From Nitrospinales bacterium (GTDB lineage Bacteria > Nitrospinota > Nitrospinia > Nitrospinales > VA-1), in NCBI GenBank assembly GCA_965223795.1, contig CBDCXL010000002.1, forward strand, positions 3,072,001 to 3,136,000: DNA of 64,000 nucleotides, given 5' to 3'. Within the stretch, counting starts at the first letter, position 1. Each line of letters begins with the position of its first letter. The position numbers and the translations under genes are program-made. Of the stretch, positions 9,627-19,884 are shown piece after piece. The notes under the pieces are model-generated. The model was given only the letters and a program-made list of their open reading frames with translations. It did not search any database and was not told the origin of the DNA.

Positions 9627-10808
9627 GTGTACATCACGACCGCGGAAGAACTTTCCGCTTTGTGCGAGAAACTGAAAAAATGTACCGTGCTGACTCTGGA
9701 CACGGAATTCGTCCGCGAAAGGACCTATTTCCACAAGCTGGGCTTGATCCAGGTCGGCGGCGACGGGATCTGCGCCGCCCTGGACCCGATCCTGCTTCCC
9801 TCGCTCGACCCTTTCCTCAAGCTGATACAAAACCCGGATGTGGTGAAAGTGTTCCACGCATCCAAGCAGGATCTGGAAATTCTGTTCCGCTTGTCCGGAA
9901 TCGTGGCGCGTCCCGTGTTCGACACCCAGGTGGCTGCGTCCATCGTGGGCTGGGGGTCGCAGATATCCTTCGCCAAGATCGTGCAGAAAGTCACCGGCAA
10001 AAAGATCCACAAGACCGAGACCTACACGGACTGGTGCCGCCGGCCGCTGAGCGACAATCAGGTTGAATACGCGCTGGACGATGTGCGTTACCTGTTTCCG
10101 GTTTACGAAAAGCTGCTCAAGGTGTTGACGCGGCTCAACCGGCTGGACTGGGTGCAGGGTGAATTCGAGAAACTGGAGAACCCGAAGACCTTCGCGCTTC
10201 CCGATCCCCGGCGGCAGTACCTCAAGATCAAGAACATCCGCAACCTCAAGCGGCGCAACCTCGCGGTCATGGTCGAGCTGGCGGCCTGGCGCGAAGAGGA
10301 GGCGGTGAAGCGCAACTGCCTGCCCAAGGCGGTGGTGCGCGACGAGCCGCTGTTAGAGATCGCCCGCACGCTGCCGAAAAAACCGGACGCGCTGTCCGCC
10401 ATCCGCGGTTTCCACCGTAAAGAGGTGTCCAAGAGCGGCGCGTCCATCATGCAGGCCATCGAAACCGGTCTCGCCGTGCCCGAGCAGGACATTCCGGAAC
10501 TGCCGGAATACGACGGCTACTCCACGCGCAAGGGGGTGGAGGAACTGCTCGCGGCCTATGTGCAGATCCGCTCCGAGGAATTGAAGATCGAACCCAGCGT
10601 GCTCGCCCACCGCAAGCAGATCCACGATTTTGTCAAATGCTACGAGCAGGGGGAAAACCTGGAGGAACATTTTCTGTTTCAGGGCTGGCGCAAGGAGTGC
10701 ATCGGCTCGCGGCTGCACGCCCTTCTGGAAGGAGAAAAAGGGCTGGGCATCGACAAATCCGGCCGGGTCACCCTGATCGCATCCACCCGCAAGGAACCCT
10801 TTACCTGA
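9627..10808 (+). CDS. rnd: Ribonuclease D
   Basis: LDTEFVRERTYF, FHASKQDLE, FDTQVAA, DWCRRPL, YALDDV; HRDC region. Confidence 0.95.
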   Translation: MYITTAEELSALCEKLKKCTVLTLDTEFVRERTYFHKLGLIQVGGDGICAALDPILLPSLDPFLKLIQNPDVVKVFHASKQDLEILFRLSGIVARPVFDTQVAASIVGWGSQISFAKIVQKVTGKKIHKTETYTDWCRRPLSDNQVEYALDDVRYLFPVYEKLLKVLTRLNRLDWVQGEFEKLENPKTFALPDPRRQYLKIKNIRNLKRRNLAVMVELAAWREEEAVKRNCLPKAVVRDEPLLEIARTLPKKPDALSAIRGFHRKEVSKSGASIMQAIETGLAVPEQDIPELPEYDGYSTRKGVEELLAAYVQIRSEELKIEPSVLAHRKQIHDFVKCYEQGENLEEHFLFQGWRKECIGSRLHALLEGEKGLGIDKSGRVTLIASTRKEPFT

Positions 10809-10832
10809 TCCATCCCGCCGTCTTGTGGCGGC

Positions 10833-11468
10833 TCAGGCTTTCTCGTGCTGCTCTGTCCGCCATTCCTTGAAGGATGAATCTTTCCGCAACGTTTTCAGAT
10901 CCGGGTCGGTATCGATCGTGCGCCAGTTTTTGTAGCCCCTGGCGACGGCGTCCTTGAGAGCGGCAAGACTTTCCTCCACGTTTCCTGTCAGCGAATAATA
11001 GCAGGCGAGGTTGTAATGCAGATGCGGGCGATCCGGATTGATGGCCTTGAGCGCGTTCAGGGTTTCGAGAGCCTCGCCGAGTTGCCCGGCTTTGAGATAG
11101 GCGGTGCTCAGGTTGATGTGGGCTTCCTCAAATTCCTTGTTGTGATGCAGGGCCATCTTGTAGTTGCGCACGGCCTCATCCCATTCGTTCTGCTTTAAAA
11201 AGCGGTTCCCCTCGTTGTAGTGAAAGATCCCCATGCGGCGGTTTTTTTCAGGGTCGTCGTGCGGGTCGCCTTCGCCTTCATGGGAGTGGGCGTGCGGTTC
11301 CGCCGCGTGGCCGTTTGCGGAAGCGGCTTTGGATGGCTGCGGGGCATCGCCGGGCCTCGGGCCTTGGGAGGGATGGCGGATCCAGGTGGTGTCCTCGATC
11401 CAGAACACGACGGCGGCGAGGATCAGGAGGATCGGGGTCCATTTCTTGAGCGTGCCGGGGATCTGCAT
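10833..11468 (-). CDS. Membrane-anchored TPR protein with His-rich linker
   Basis: TM, HAHSHE linker, TPRs, C-terminal YNLACYYS...DPDL. Confidence 0.75.
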   Translation of the reverse strand: MQIPGTLKKWTPILLILAAVVFWIEDTTWIRHPSQGPRPGDAPQPSKAASANGHAAEPHAHSHEGEGDPHDDPEKNRRMGIFHYNEGNRFLKQNEWDEAVRNYKMALHHNKEFEEAHINLSTAYLKAGQLGEALETLNALKAINPDRPHLHYNLACYYSLTGNVEESLAALKDAVARGYKNWRTIDTDPDLKTLRKDSSFKEWRTEQHEKA

Positions 11469-11482
11469 GCCCCATTGTAAAC

Positions 11483-12883
11483 TCAGCCGCTCAGCCCGGG
11501 GAAGAAAAGTTTCAGCTCGCTGGCGGAGCCTAGAAACCCGACGTTTTCGATGGCGGCGCCGTGCGAGCACAGATTGTAGAGGCGCACCTCCGGGTGGCGC
11601 TTCGCGATGGCCTCGATGGTGCGCTTGTAGCTGAACAGATTCTGGTGGGTGGTCAGTGTTTCACCGAAGGCGCCCCGGACCGGCACCTGCTTTTTTTCGC
11701 CGGTCTTTGCCTCGTGTTCTGCGCTAAGGGGGAGGCTGTGGTGGATGCGGTCGATGAGCCTTCGGTTGTTCAGGGAGCGGCTCGAATAAGTGCGCTGGCC
11801 CGAATGGGCGAGATCCTGACCCAGCAGAAAAACCGGATTGCAGCCCATGCGAATGAGGCCGTCGAGCGCCAAGCAGGCCACCGAACCGCCCGCCTGCGTC
11901 GCGCCTTTTTTCTCAAGCTCCGCCGGGTCGGCGGTGCAGAGCGAATGGCCCTCCTTGTACACGACGTAACGCTCCCCCGTATGCCGGTCCAGGATTTTCG
12001 CCTGTGCTGTGGGTGTGAATACCAGCCGGTACGTTGCATCTCTGTCGGCTGCGAAGTAGCGGCAGCTTTCCTCCTGCGGGTCGAGGGTGAACACATAGTC
12101 GGGGACGACGCCGTCTGCGATGAGGATCGGCAGCGCCGTATCGACGCAGGCGATGACGCCGTCCAGCCGTTTGAGGTGCGGCAGCAGATCGTCGAGCGAA
12201 GGACCGGCGCTCACCAGGATGCCCGGCCGTCCGCGGTGCCGGTCCTTGAGGGCGTTGATGCCCGGCGCGGCGGCGGCGATCTTTTGGTTGTGATGCCAGT
12301 TTTCCTGTTCCAGACTGCCCATGAGCGCCGGGAAGCGCCGCTCCATGCGCAGGATTTCCAGGGCGTTGGCGAGGCCGGGAAACTGCGGCGGGATGCAGTT
12401 GAACGAGGGCGCGTGAAACAGCACCTGCATGGCATCCGCGTGCGTTTCATCGGCGAGGCGGCTTGAGATCGCCTGCGCGGCGGCGGTTTCCCCGCGGTCG
12501 AATAGAAGATGAAAGTTTTCTTTTTCAAACAACGCGGTGTGGTCCATGAGGATGAGCGCGGCGGACAGCAGATCGGCGTTGAGTTCGACCACGCACAGCG
12601 ATCCTTCAGGGCCGATGCGATTGAGCAGCGGGGCGACGTGGTGGCCGAGGCCGAAGCCATAGAGGAAAACACGGCTTCCCGGCGGGATCGATTCGGCAAA
12701 CGCCTTGCCTTCGCGCACCGGATCGTAGCTGCTGTGGATGAGCGTCTTGTCGAAACGCACGCTGATCGCGCCCGTTGCCGTGGTCACCACGTCGATGCGG
12801 TCCGAAAGCTTGGGAGACAGCGAAGCCGCAGCGGGGGTGCGGGATTTGAGGGCGGCGAGGTTCTTGTCGAAAAAAGAGTGCAT
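11483..12883 (-). CDS. MAF/MptE-like (DUF115) motility-associated factor protein
   Basis: IHSSYDPVREG, GFGLGH, SAGPSLD, GGSVA, GQDLA. Confidence 0.8.
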   Translation of the reverse strand: MHSFFDKNLAALKSRTPAAASLSPKLSDRIDVVTTATGAISVRFDKTLIHSSYDPVREGKAFAESIPPGSRVFLYGFGLGHHVAPLLNRIGPEGSLCVVELNADLLSAALILMDHTALFEKENFHLLFDRGETAAAQAISSRLADETHADAMQVLFHAPSFNCIPPQFPGLANALEILRMERRFPALMGSLEQENWHHNQKIAAAAPGINALKDRHRGRPGILVSAGPSLDDLLPHLKRLDGVIACVDTALPILIADGVVPDYVFTLDPQEESCRYFAADRDATYRLVFTPTAQAKILDRHTGERYVVYKEGHSLCTADPAELEKKGATQAGGSVACLALDGLIRMGCNPVFLLGQDLAHSGQRTYSSRSLNNRRLIDRIHHSLPLSAEHEAKTGEKKQVPVRGAFGETLTTHQNLFSYKRTIEAIAKRHPEVRLYNLCSHGAAIENVGFLGSASELKLFFPGLSG

Positions 12884-13022
12884 GCGTGCCTGAGTGTTTG
12901 GGCGGGGACGGTTTTACGATGAAAAATTTTGTTGCCTTGCAATCATTGCGGTTTTTATTTAATAATCATGAGTGTGAACCGGCTTTCCTTTTAATGACCG
13001 TTCTCATTTTTCCTTCCTCAAA

Positions 13023-14894
13023 GTGTCCGACCCGTCTGCTGCAAAAATCCGCGTTCTTTCCGACGATCTGGCCAACCAGATCGCCGCTGGAGAGGTGGTG
13101 GAACGTCCCGCTTCGGTGGTGAAGGAGCTGGTGGAAAATTCCATCGACGCCGGCGCGACGCGCATCGAGGTGGAAATCGAGTCGGGCGGAAAAAAGAGCA
13201 TCCGCATCCGTGACAACGGCTCGGGCATGGGTGCTGAGGACGCGCAGCTCGCGTTTTCCCGGCATTCGACCAGCAAGATCGCCAAAGCCCAGGATCTTTC
13301 CGGCATTCTCACGCTGGGGTTTCGCGGCGAAGCGCTGCCGAGCATCGCTTCGGTGGCGCGGGTGCGGCTGAACACGGCCGCGGATGAGAGCGAGGGCGGC
13401 ACGCAGGTGATGATCGAAGGCGGAAACGTCGTTTCGGTCAAGGACGCCGCGCGCTCGCGCGGCACCGACCTGGAAGTGGCGCAGCTTTTTTACAACACAC
13501 CGGCGCGGCAGAAATTCCTCAAGGGCGACGGGACCGAGTTTTCCCACATCGTTCAGGGGGTGACCCAGCAGGCGCTGGCCCGCCCGCACATCCATTTTAC
13601 ATTGAAGCACAACGGCCGCGAGATCCTCAACACCCTTCCGACCGACCAGCTTCTGTACCGCATCGCGGAGCTGTTCGGCAACGAGATGGCGAAAGAGCTG
13701 CTCGAGGTGAAGATGGAAGAGGGGAGCTACCGCCTCACCGGGTACGTGTCCAGCCCCATTTTCACGCGCTCCAACCGTTCGGCGCAGTACTGTTTCATCA
13801 ACGGACGCTGCGTGCGCGACAAGGTGATCCTGCACGCCACCCAGCAGGGATACAGCCACCTTCTGCCCAAAGGAAGGCACCCGGTTATTTTTCTCATGCT
13901 GTCGATGGATGCGAAACTGCTGGATGTCAATGTGCATCCGAGCAAGGCGGAGGTGCGCTTCGCGTATCAGCAGGAGGTGCACCGCCTGGTCAGCGAGGGC
14001 GTGCGCCGGGCCCTTTCGGTGAAAGCGGGCGGGGATATGGCGCCGCCGCCCGAAATCCCCGAGCGGGAAAATCCGGCTGTGGCCGAACCCGCGGCGGCGT
14101 ACAACGTTTCCGCCTCACCCGCCTGGCGGCACGGGTCGCGCCCGTTTGAAAGAGAAAGTCACACGCCTGAAAAGAGGGAAGATCTCGCCCGCGCGCTGAA
14201 GATGATGGCTCCCTCCTGCACGACGGCGGCGTCGCCGCGCCCGGTGCCGGCGGATGAATGCCGCCAGCAGCCGGTGTTTTATGACGCCGCGCCGCAGCCG
14301 GTGTCGCGGCTGATCTATTCGGAGTATGAACCCCTGGGCCAGCTCGACCGCTCGTTCATCGTCATGCAGGGGAAGGGCGGCATCGTGGTGGTGGACCAGC
14401 ACGTGGCGCACGAGCGCATCCTGTACGAACGGTTCCGCAACGCCGCGCGCGACCGGAAAATCGAAGTGCAGAAGCTGTTGTTTCCGCAGAATGTGGAGCT
14501 TTCCCCGGCGGAGGCGGCGCTGCTCAACACGCAGCGGCAAAGGCTTCTTGAACTGGGGCTGGATTTCGAGCCGTTCGGCGACAACGCCTTCGTGGTGCGG
14601 GCGATGCCGGCGGTTCTGAAGGACAACGATCCGGAGGCGATTTTAAAGGAAATCGCCGAGCTTCTGCCGCGCAAGGACGATCCCAGGGTGGTGGAGGAAA
14701 AATTCGAGGACATCCTCATCATGATGTCCTGCCGCAACGCCATCAAAGTCAATCACACGCTCAACCTGGAGCAGATCCGGAATCTGATCGCCGACCTGGA
14801 GCAGACGGAGATGCCGTTCACCTGCCCGCACGGAAGACCCATCGCGCTGTTTTTCGACATCAACGACATCCTGAGAAAATTTCTGAGAAAGTGA
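13023..14894 (+). CDS. mutL: DNA mismatch repair endonuclease MutL
   Basis: NQIAAGEVVERPASVVKELVENSIDAGA, GFRGEAL, DQHVAHER, CPHGRP. Confidence 0.98.
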   Translation: MSDPSAAKIRVLSDDLANQIAAGEVVERPASVVKELVENSIDAGATRIEVEIESGGKKSIRIRDNGSGMGAEDAQLAFSRHSTSKIAKAQDLSGILTLGFRGEALPSIASVARVRLNTAADESEGGTQVMIEGGNVVSVKDAARSRGTDLEVAQLFYNTPARQKFLKGDGTEFSHIVQGVTQQALARPHIHFTLKHNGREILNTLPTDQLLYRIAELFGNEMAKELLEVKMEEGSYRLTGYVSSPIFTRSNRSAQYCFINGRCVRDKVILHATQQGYSHLLPKGRHPVIFLMLSMDAKLLDVNVHPSKAEVRFAYQQEVHRLVSEGVRRALSVKAGGDMAPPPEIPERENPAVAEPAAAYNVSASPAWRHGSRPFERESHTPEKREDLARALKMMAPSCTTAASPRPVPADECRQQPVFYDAAPQPVSRLIYSEYEPLGQLDRSFIVMQGKGGIVVVDQHVAHERILYERFRNAARDRKIEVQKLLFPQNVELSPAEAALLNTQRQRLLELGLDFEPFGDNAFVVRAMPAVLKDNDPEAILKEIAELLPRKDDPRVVEEKFEDILIMMSCRNAIKVNHTLNLEQIRNLIADLEQTEMPFTCPHGRPIALFFDINDILRKFLRK

Positions 14895-14918
14895 CCGGCC
14901 GCTGATGGCCGCCGCGCT

Positions 14919-15473
14919 TCAGCCTTTGACGGTGATCTTTTTGATCGAGCGCGCCATCTGCTTCAGACGCGCTGCGTTTTTGGCCTTGACCACTTTCTTG
15001 GCGACTTTTTTGCCGCGTTTGGGCTTGGCGTTGGGTTTCGTGTTGTTGAGCGCCCATTCCAGATCGAGCAGGTATTTGCCCCGGGTCATCCGGTCCATTT
15101 TGCGGAACGTGGACAGCAGTTTTTTCTCGCTTTTACTGGTGCTGATCAGAAAATCCGGCTTGAGGCCCTTGAACATCAGGCGTCCTTCGTCGAGGCCGCC
15201 GCTGATGACTTCCAGCTTCCGGGAGTTTTTCGGAATGGATTCGGTGTCCGGGATTTTCAGGTCGTCATCGTCGATACGCGTGGTCAAAAGCCGGTCCAGG
15301 GACACGTTTCCCAGCTTGGCGAGCTTGACCAGGAGCGAAATGGGGGCGTCCCGCTCGCCCGCCTCATAGCGGACATAGGTGCGAAACCCGATGTCCAGCA
15401 CTTCGGACAAGGCCATTTGCGTGCAGTTGAGGTTTTTTCGAATGGTCTTGAGGTTTTCTGACAGAATGGTCAT
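14919..15473 (-). CDS. XRE-family HTH regulator with Lys-rich C-terminal tail
   Basis: LSENLKTIRK...TQ...YVRYEAGER HTH; tail KPKRGKKVAKKVVKAK. Confidence 0.8.
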   Translation of the reverse strand: MTILSENLKTIRKNLNCTQMALSEVLDIGFRTYVRYEAGERDAPISLLVKLAKLGNVSLDRLLTTRIDDDDLKIPDTESIPKNSRKLEVISGGLDEGRLMFKGLKPDFLISTSKSEKKLLSTFRKMDRMTRGKYLLDLEWALNNTKPNAKPKRGKKVAKKVVKAKNAARLKQMARSIKKITVKG

Positions 15474-15532
15474 CGCTATTTGGGTTTTGAAATGTTTTAT
15501 GTCGGAGTGAAACCCAAATGTAGCAGAAAAAA

Positions 15533-16294
15533 TCAGGCGAGTTCAATGCCATTCTTTTTGAGAAATTTGTAAGCCTCTTCAATCCAATAACGTTCCTTTT
15601 CCAATTTGTATTCCGGCAGGTCCTTGGAAGAACCGATGAGGCTTTTCATCTGGGCGATGGCTTCCTGTTTTTTGCCGAGCTTGTCCAGCAGCCGTCCGTA
15701 ATGGTAGTAGGCCTTGAAGAAGGCGAAGGAGTTGATCACTTCGCGGTACTTTTCCAGCGCCTTGTCGTCCTGGCCCGCCAGGCGGTAACATTCCGCCAGG
15801 CCGAAGATGGCGTTGCCGTAGTCGTATTTTTTGTCGATGGCGACCAGCTCTTCCAGAATGGCCGCCGCTTCCTCGTAATTGCCCAGGGCGTGGTGGCTTT
15901 TGGCCAGGCCGTAGCGGGCCTCGTTCATTTCCGGGTCTTTCTTGACCGCTTCCTCGAACTGAGGGATGGCGAGCTGGTATTTTTTCTGGTCCAGATACGC
16001 CTGCCCGAGTTTCTCGTAATGGTAGGCTTTCTTGTACTTTCCGATCAACTCCTTGAGCTGCAGGGTCTCCTCGGTTTCCACTTCCTTGGGCGCGGACGGG
16101 GGCGCGAAGATTTTGACCGGCTTGGCGCCGCCAGCCTGACCGGCCTTGGCCTTGACGGCGAAGTAATACACCACCGCGCCGATGGGAAACAGCACCACCA
16201 TGATGATGATCCAGACGAAGTGTTCCTTCCTCTGGATGCAATCGAGGCACATCCATACCATGAACGCCAATGCGAGAATGATGATTACATCCAT
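15533..16294 (-). CDS. Membrane-anchored TPR protein
   Basis: Two N-terminal TMs (PLDc_N-like W...FPIGAVVYY) followed by TPRs. Confidence 0.8.
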   Translation of the reverse strand: MDVIIILALAFMVWMCLDCIQRKEHFVWIIIMVVLFPIGAVVYYFAVKAKAGQAGGAKPVKIFAPPSAPKEVETEETLQLKELIGKYKKAYHYEKLGQAYLDQKKYQLAIPQFEEAVKKDPEMNEARYGLAKSHHALGNYEEAAAILEELVAIDKKYDYGNAIFGLAECYRLAGQDDKALEKYREVINSFAFFKAYYHYGRLLDKLGKKQEAIAQMKSLIGSSKDLPEYKLEKERYWIEEAYKFLKKNGIELA

Positions 16295-16402
16295 AGATCG
16301 ATCGACTTTATGCGAAGTCAATAAAAAAGGAAACCCCTCTGCGGCAATCGGGCTTCGCGGGATTGAGGACGGTTTCCATTGGGACCTGAACGCGGCACGC
16401 GG

Positions 16403-16753
16403 TCACTTCTCAACGACTTCATTGTTTTCGTCGAGCAGCACGACCTTAGGCGCGTATGTGTCTGAATCTGCATCCATCATACCATAAGCCACAATGATGA
16501 TGCGATCATTTATCTGTGCCATCCGGGCCGCTGCCCCGTTCAGGGCAATGGTTTTGGAGCCGCGCTCGCAGGTGATCGCGTAGGTGATGAGGCGGCCGCC
16601 GGTGTTGATATTGAACACGTGAACCTGCTCGTAGGGCACGATCCCCACCCGGTCCATGAGATCGGGATCGATCTCGATGCTGCCCTCGTAGTCCATCCTG
16701 GTATCCGTGACGCGGGCCCGGTGAAGTTTGGATTTTAACATTATTCGCTGCAT
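16403..16753 (-). CDS. panD: Aspartate 1-decarboxylase
   Basis: KSKLHRA, YEGSI self-cleavage site, TYAI, NGAAAR. Confidence 0.97.
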   Translation of the reverse strand: MQRIMLKSKLHRARVTDTRMDYEGSIEIDPDLMDRVGIVPYEQVHVFNINTGGRLITYAITCERGSKTIALNGAAARMAQINDRIIIVAYGMMDADSDTYAPKVVLLDENNEVVEK

Positions 16754-17619
16754 TTCGCCCTCCAGACGAGGCTGTTGTCGATCAATCGGGTGTCGCCGAC
16801 ACGCACGGCCAGTGCGATGAGAGACGGGTCCTGAACCGTGTCGTGCTCGATGAAGGTTTCCGGGTCGCAGATGGAAAGGTAATCCACCTGGGCGCCCTCG
16901 CGGCTTTCAAGAATCCGCGTCATCGCGCCGCGGATCGAAGAAGCGGAAGTCTCTCCCTGTGCCACGAGGTCTTTCGCCGTTTCCAGGGCTTTCGAGAGGG
17001 ACAACGCAATGACGCGCTGTTCCCCGTTCAAGTATTCGTTCCTCGAACTCATCGCCAGCCCGTCCTTTTCCCGCACCAGGGGGCAGCGGACGATGGCGAC
17101 ATCGAGATTGAGGTCGCGCACCAGCGTTTGGACGACCGCAAGCTGCTGCCAGTCCTTCTCGCCGAAAAACGCCTTGTGCGGCCGGACGATGTTGAACAGT
17201 TTCAGCACCACGGTGGCCACGCCGCGGAAAAAATCCGGACGGCTTTTGCCGCACAGCGCATCGGTGAGGGTCTCCACGTTGACGAAGGTCCTGTATCCCT
17301 CAGGATACATGGCCGCGGTTTCGGGACAGAACATCACGTCCACCCCGGCGAGCGCGAGCCTGGCCTCGTCGCCTTTGAGGTCGCGGGGATAGGTGTCCAG
17401 GTCTTCGTTTTTGCCGAACTGCGCCGGGTTGACGAAGACGCTGACCACCGTCACGTCCGTGGCGAGCAACGACCGCTCCACCAGGCTCATATGCCCCTGG
17501 TGCAGGCGGCCCATGGTCGGGACGAAACCGAGGGTCTTGCCGTCGCGGCGCGCGGCCTCGGAAAAGGCCCGCATTGCCTCAATGGAGGTGATGATTTTCA
17601 TGGGCGTCTGTCTGCTCAC
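16741..17619 (-). CDS. panC: Pantoate-beta-alanine ligase
   Basis: [41 protein letters not shown]. Confidence 0.97.
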   Translation of the reverse strand: MSRQTPMKIITSIEAMRAFSEAARRDGKTLGFVPTMGRLHQGHMSLVERSLLATDVTVVSVFVNPAQFGKNEDLDTYPRDLKGDEARLALAGVDVMFCPETAAMYPEGYRTFVNVETLTDALCGKSRPDFFRGVATVVLKLFNIVRPHKAFFGEKDWQQLAVVQTLVRDLNLDVAIVRCPLVREKDGLAMSSRNEYLNGEQRVIALSLSKALETAKDLVAQGETSASSIRGAMTRILESREGAQVDYLSICDPETFIEHDTVQDPSLIALAVRVGDTRLIDNSLVWRAKCSE

Positions 17620-18467
17620 CGTTCGTCCACTTTTTTAAGCGGTGTTTTTTCCATCGTGTACGAGTGCTCCTCGCCGGGGAAGGTTCCTGAGCGCACTTCC
17701 CGGATGTAGGCGTCCACCGCCTGGGTGACGTCCTCGGCCAGGTTCGCGTATTTTTTGACGAACTTGGGGGTGAACTCGGTGTTGAGTCCCAATAGATCGT
17801 GCATCACCAGGATCTGGCCGTCGCAGTCCGGTCCCGCGCCGATGCCGATGGTCGGAACTTTCACGTCCGCGGTGATCTCGGCGGCCAGCTCGGAGGGCAT
17901 GCCCTCGAGCACGATGGCAAAGGCGCCGGCTTTTTCCAGGTCCTTCGCGTCCTGTTTGATCTGCCGGGCCTTCTGAAAGGTTTTCCCCTGCACGCGGTAA
18001 CCGCCCATCTGGTGCACCGACTGCGGCGTCAGGCCGATGTGCCCCATCACCGGGATGCCCGCCTCGACCAGCGCGCGCACCCGTGCGGCCATGTGGGAAC
18101 CGCCTTCCAGTTTCACCGCGGCGGCGCCGCCTTCCTTGAGGAAACGGCCGGCGTTCTCGATCGCCTGCGCGTCGGAGGTCTGATAGGACATGAACGGCAT
18201 GTCGCCGACCAGCAGGCTTGCACGATTGCCACGCCCAACAGCGCGCGTGTGCAGGATCATTTCGTCCAGCGTGACGGGCAGCGTGTTTTCGTAACCCAGA
18301 GACATCATGGCGAGCGAATCCCCCACCAGCAGGATGTCGATGTCCGTCGTGTCCAAAAGACGCGCGAAGCTGTAGTCGTAGACCGTGAGCGAGGTGATTT
18401 TGTTTTTGGAATTTTTTCTTCCCAGAATGCCGGGAACGGTCCTGAGTTTCTTATCCTGGGTGCTCAT
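17616..18467 (-). CDS. panB: 3-methyl-2-oxobutanoate hydroxymethyltransferase
   Basis: LVGDSL, DMPFMSY, VKLEGG, GHIGLTPQ, IGIGAG; start MSTQDKK. Confidence 0.97.
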   Translation of the reverse strand: MSTQDKKLRTVPGILGRKNSKNKITSLTVYDYSFARLLDTTDIDILLVGDSLAMMSLGYENTLPVTLDEMILHTRAVGRGNRASLLVGDMPFMSYQTSDAQAIENAGRFLKEGGAAAVKLEGGSHMAARVRALVEAGIPVMGHIGLTPQSVHQMGGYRVQGKTFQKARQIKQDAKDLEKAGAFAIVLEGMPSELAAEITADVKVPTIGIGAGPDCDGQILVMHDLLGLNTEFTPKFVKKYANLAEDVTQAVDAYIREVRSGTFPGEEHSYTMEKTPLKKVDER

Positions 18468-18530
18468 GGCAACGGTGACCGAGTGAAGCGAGGATCTGAA
18501 AGGCGGGCGGCGCGCTCTGCGGCGGAGCAT

Positions 18531-18562
18531 AAAAAAAGCCCGCCGACAGATAGCCGGTGGGC
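18531..18562 (-). terminator. Intrinsic terminator in the panB leader
   Basis: GCCCACCGGC-TATCT-GTCGGCGGGC followed by T7 on the minus strand. Confidence 0.8.
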
Positions 18563-18589
18563 AAGGGTCAATCGCATCCATGACGCGCC

Positions 18590-18685
18590 GTGTTTCTTAT
18601 CGGCCTGCGGGCAGGTCCTTCAGAGACGCAATGGTTGCAATGGAATTTGGAATGCCCCGTCCCGGTCCTGTCAGGATCCAAGCGG
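18590..18685 (-). ncRNA. pan-motif-like cis-regulatory RNA (two hairpins with bulged A)
   Basis: CCGCUUGG-A-UCCUGACAGGA-CCGGG-A-CGG and GG-A-CCUG-CCCG-CAGG-CC hairpins, upstream of a terminator and panBCD. Confidence 0.7.
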
Positions 18686-19321
18686 ATTGTAGTATTCTCG
18701 CCCTATTTTATGGGTATTGATTTTTTTTATCAACTCTTCCAGGTCGCCTTTTCTTTCCACGAAATCGATCTCGTTCGTGTTGATGACCAGAAGCGGTGTT
18801 TCGGAATAATAAAAAAAGAAGTTGTTGAACGCCTTGTTGACCGCCTCCAGGTATTCCAGGTCGATGAACGCCTCGTATTCGCGGTTGCGTTTTTCGACCC
18901 GCTCCCGGAGGACATGGGTGTCTGCCTGTAAAAAGATGACCAAATCGGGCTTGGGGATTTTTATTTTTATCAGATTGTAGATCTGGTTGTAGAGCTGGAG
19001 CTCGTGGCCCTTTAAATTCAATGCCGCAAACACCGGATCGCGCTGGAACAGAAAATCCACGATGACCACGGAATTGAACAGATCCCGCTGCGCGAGGCTC
19101 AGATAATGGTTGTAGCGGCTCAGTAAAAAAAAAATCTGCGTCTGGAAGGCGAGGGCTTCGCGGTCGTCGTAAAAATTGGGCAGGAAGGGGTTGGCCTCGT
19201 CGTTTTCCAGGATCAATTTTGCATCATATTGTTTTCCAAGGAGTTTTGAGAGCGAGGTCTTGCCGGCGCCGATGGCTCCTTCCACGGCGATGAAGCGGGG
19301 CTCGATCAGGGGTTTTGTCAT
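18671..19321 (-). CDS. Deoxynucleoside kinase
   Basis: IAVEGAIGAGKTSL, NPFL..FY, QIFFLLSR, PDLVIFLQA. Confidence 0.9.
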   Translation of the reverse strand: MTKPLIEPRFIAVEGAIGAGKTSLSKLLGKQYDAKLILENDEANPFLPNFYDDREALAFQTQIFFLLSRYNHYLSLAQRDLFNSVVIVDFLFQRDPVFAALNLKGHELQLYNQIYNLIKIKIPKPDLVIFLQADTHVLRERVEKRNREYEAFIDLEYLEAVNKAFNNFFFYYSETPLLVINTNEIDFVERKGDLEELIKKINTHKIGREYYNPLGS

Positions 19322-19401
19322 GGCGGCAGCGGTTCAACTCGTTGGGATGGTCGGCCGGTTTCGAGACCCCGGGACCTGCTTGAGAAGTCCTCTGGGAGGC
19401 G

Positions 19402-19767
19402 TCAATTCTGATTCACGGCCTGCAGGATTTCCTTGATAGTCAGCTTCAGTTCGCGCAGATCGGCGGATTTGACCACATACGCGTCGGAGGCCCAGACTCT
19501 GAAATCCTGCTTGTAGCGTCCGTAGGCGGAGCACAGCACGACCGGGATTTCGCTTTTATCCTCTTTGAGCTTGCGCATGAACTCGATCCCGTCCATCCCC
19601 GGCATTTTGATGTCCAGGGTGATGAGGTCGGGTTCGATCTTTTCGATCTGCTTCATTCCCTCCTCGGCGGTGGCGGCCACGTGAACCTCATACCCTTCAT
19701 CCTGCAACTCTTCCTTGTACAGGAGCCGGATGTTTTCTTCATCGTCGATGATCAAAATTTTTTTCAT
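19402..19767 (-). CDS. Single-domain response regulator
   Basis: KILIIDDE, DLITLDIKMPGMDG, SAY, ADAYVVK. Confidence 0.92.
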   Translation of the reverse strand: MKKILIIDDEENIRLLYKEELQDEGYEVHVAATAEEGMKQIEKIEPDLITLDIKMPGMDGIEFMRKLKEDKSEIPVVLCSAYGRYKQDFRVWASDAYVVKSADLRELKLTIKEILQAVNQN

Positions 19768-19884
19768 CGCACCCTCCAATAGGAGAACCATTGTTAGATT
19801 GCCACGAGGGTGGTGCCCTGCTTTCTTTTCTCCAAACTCGTTGAAACGGCGGGGACGGTCTTTGAAGCGGAAGGGTTCGAGAGA

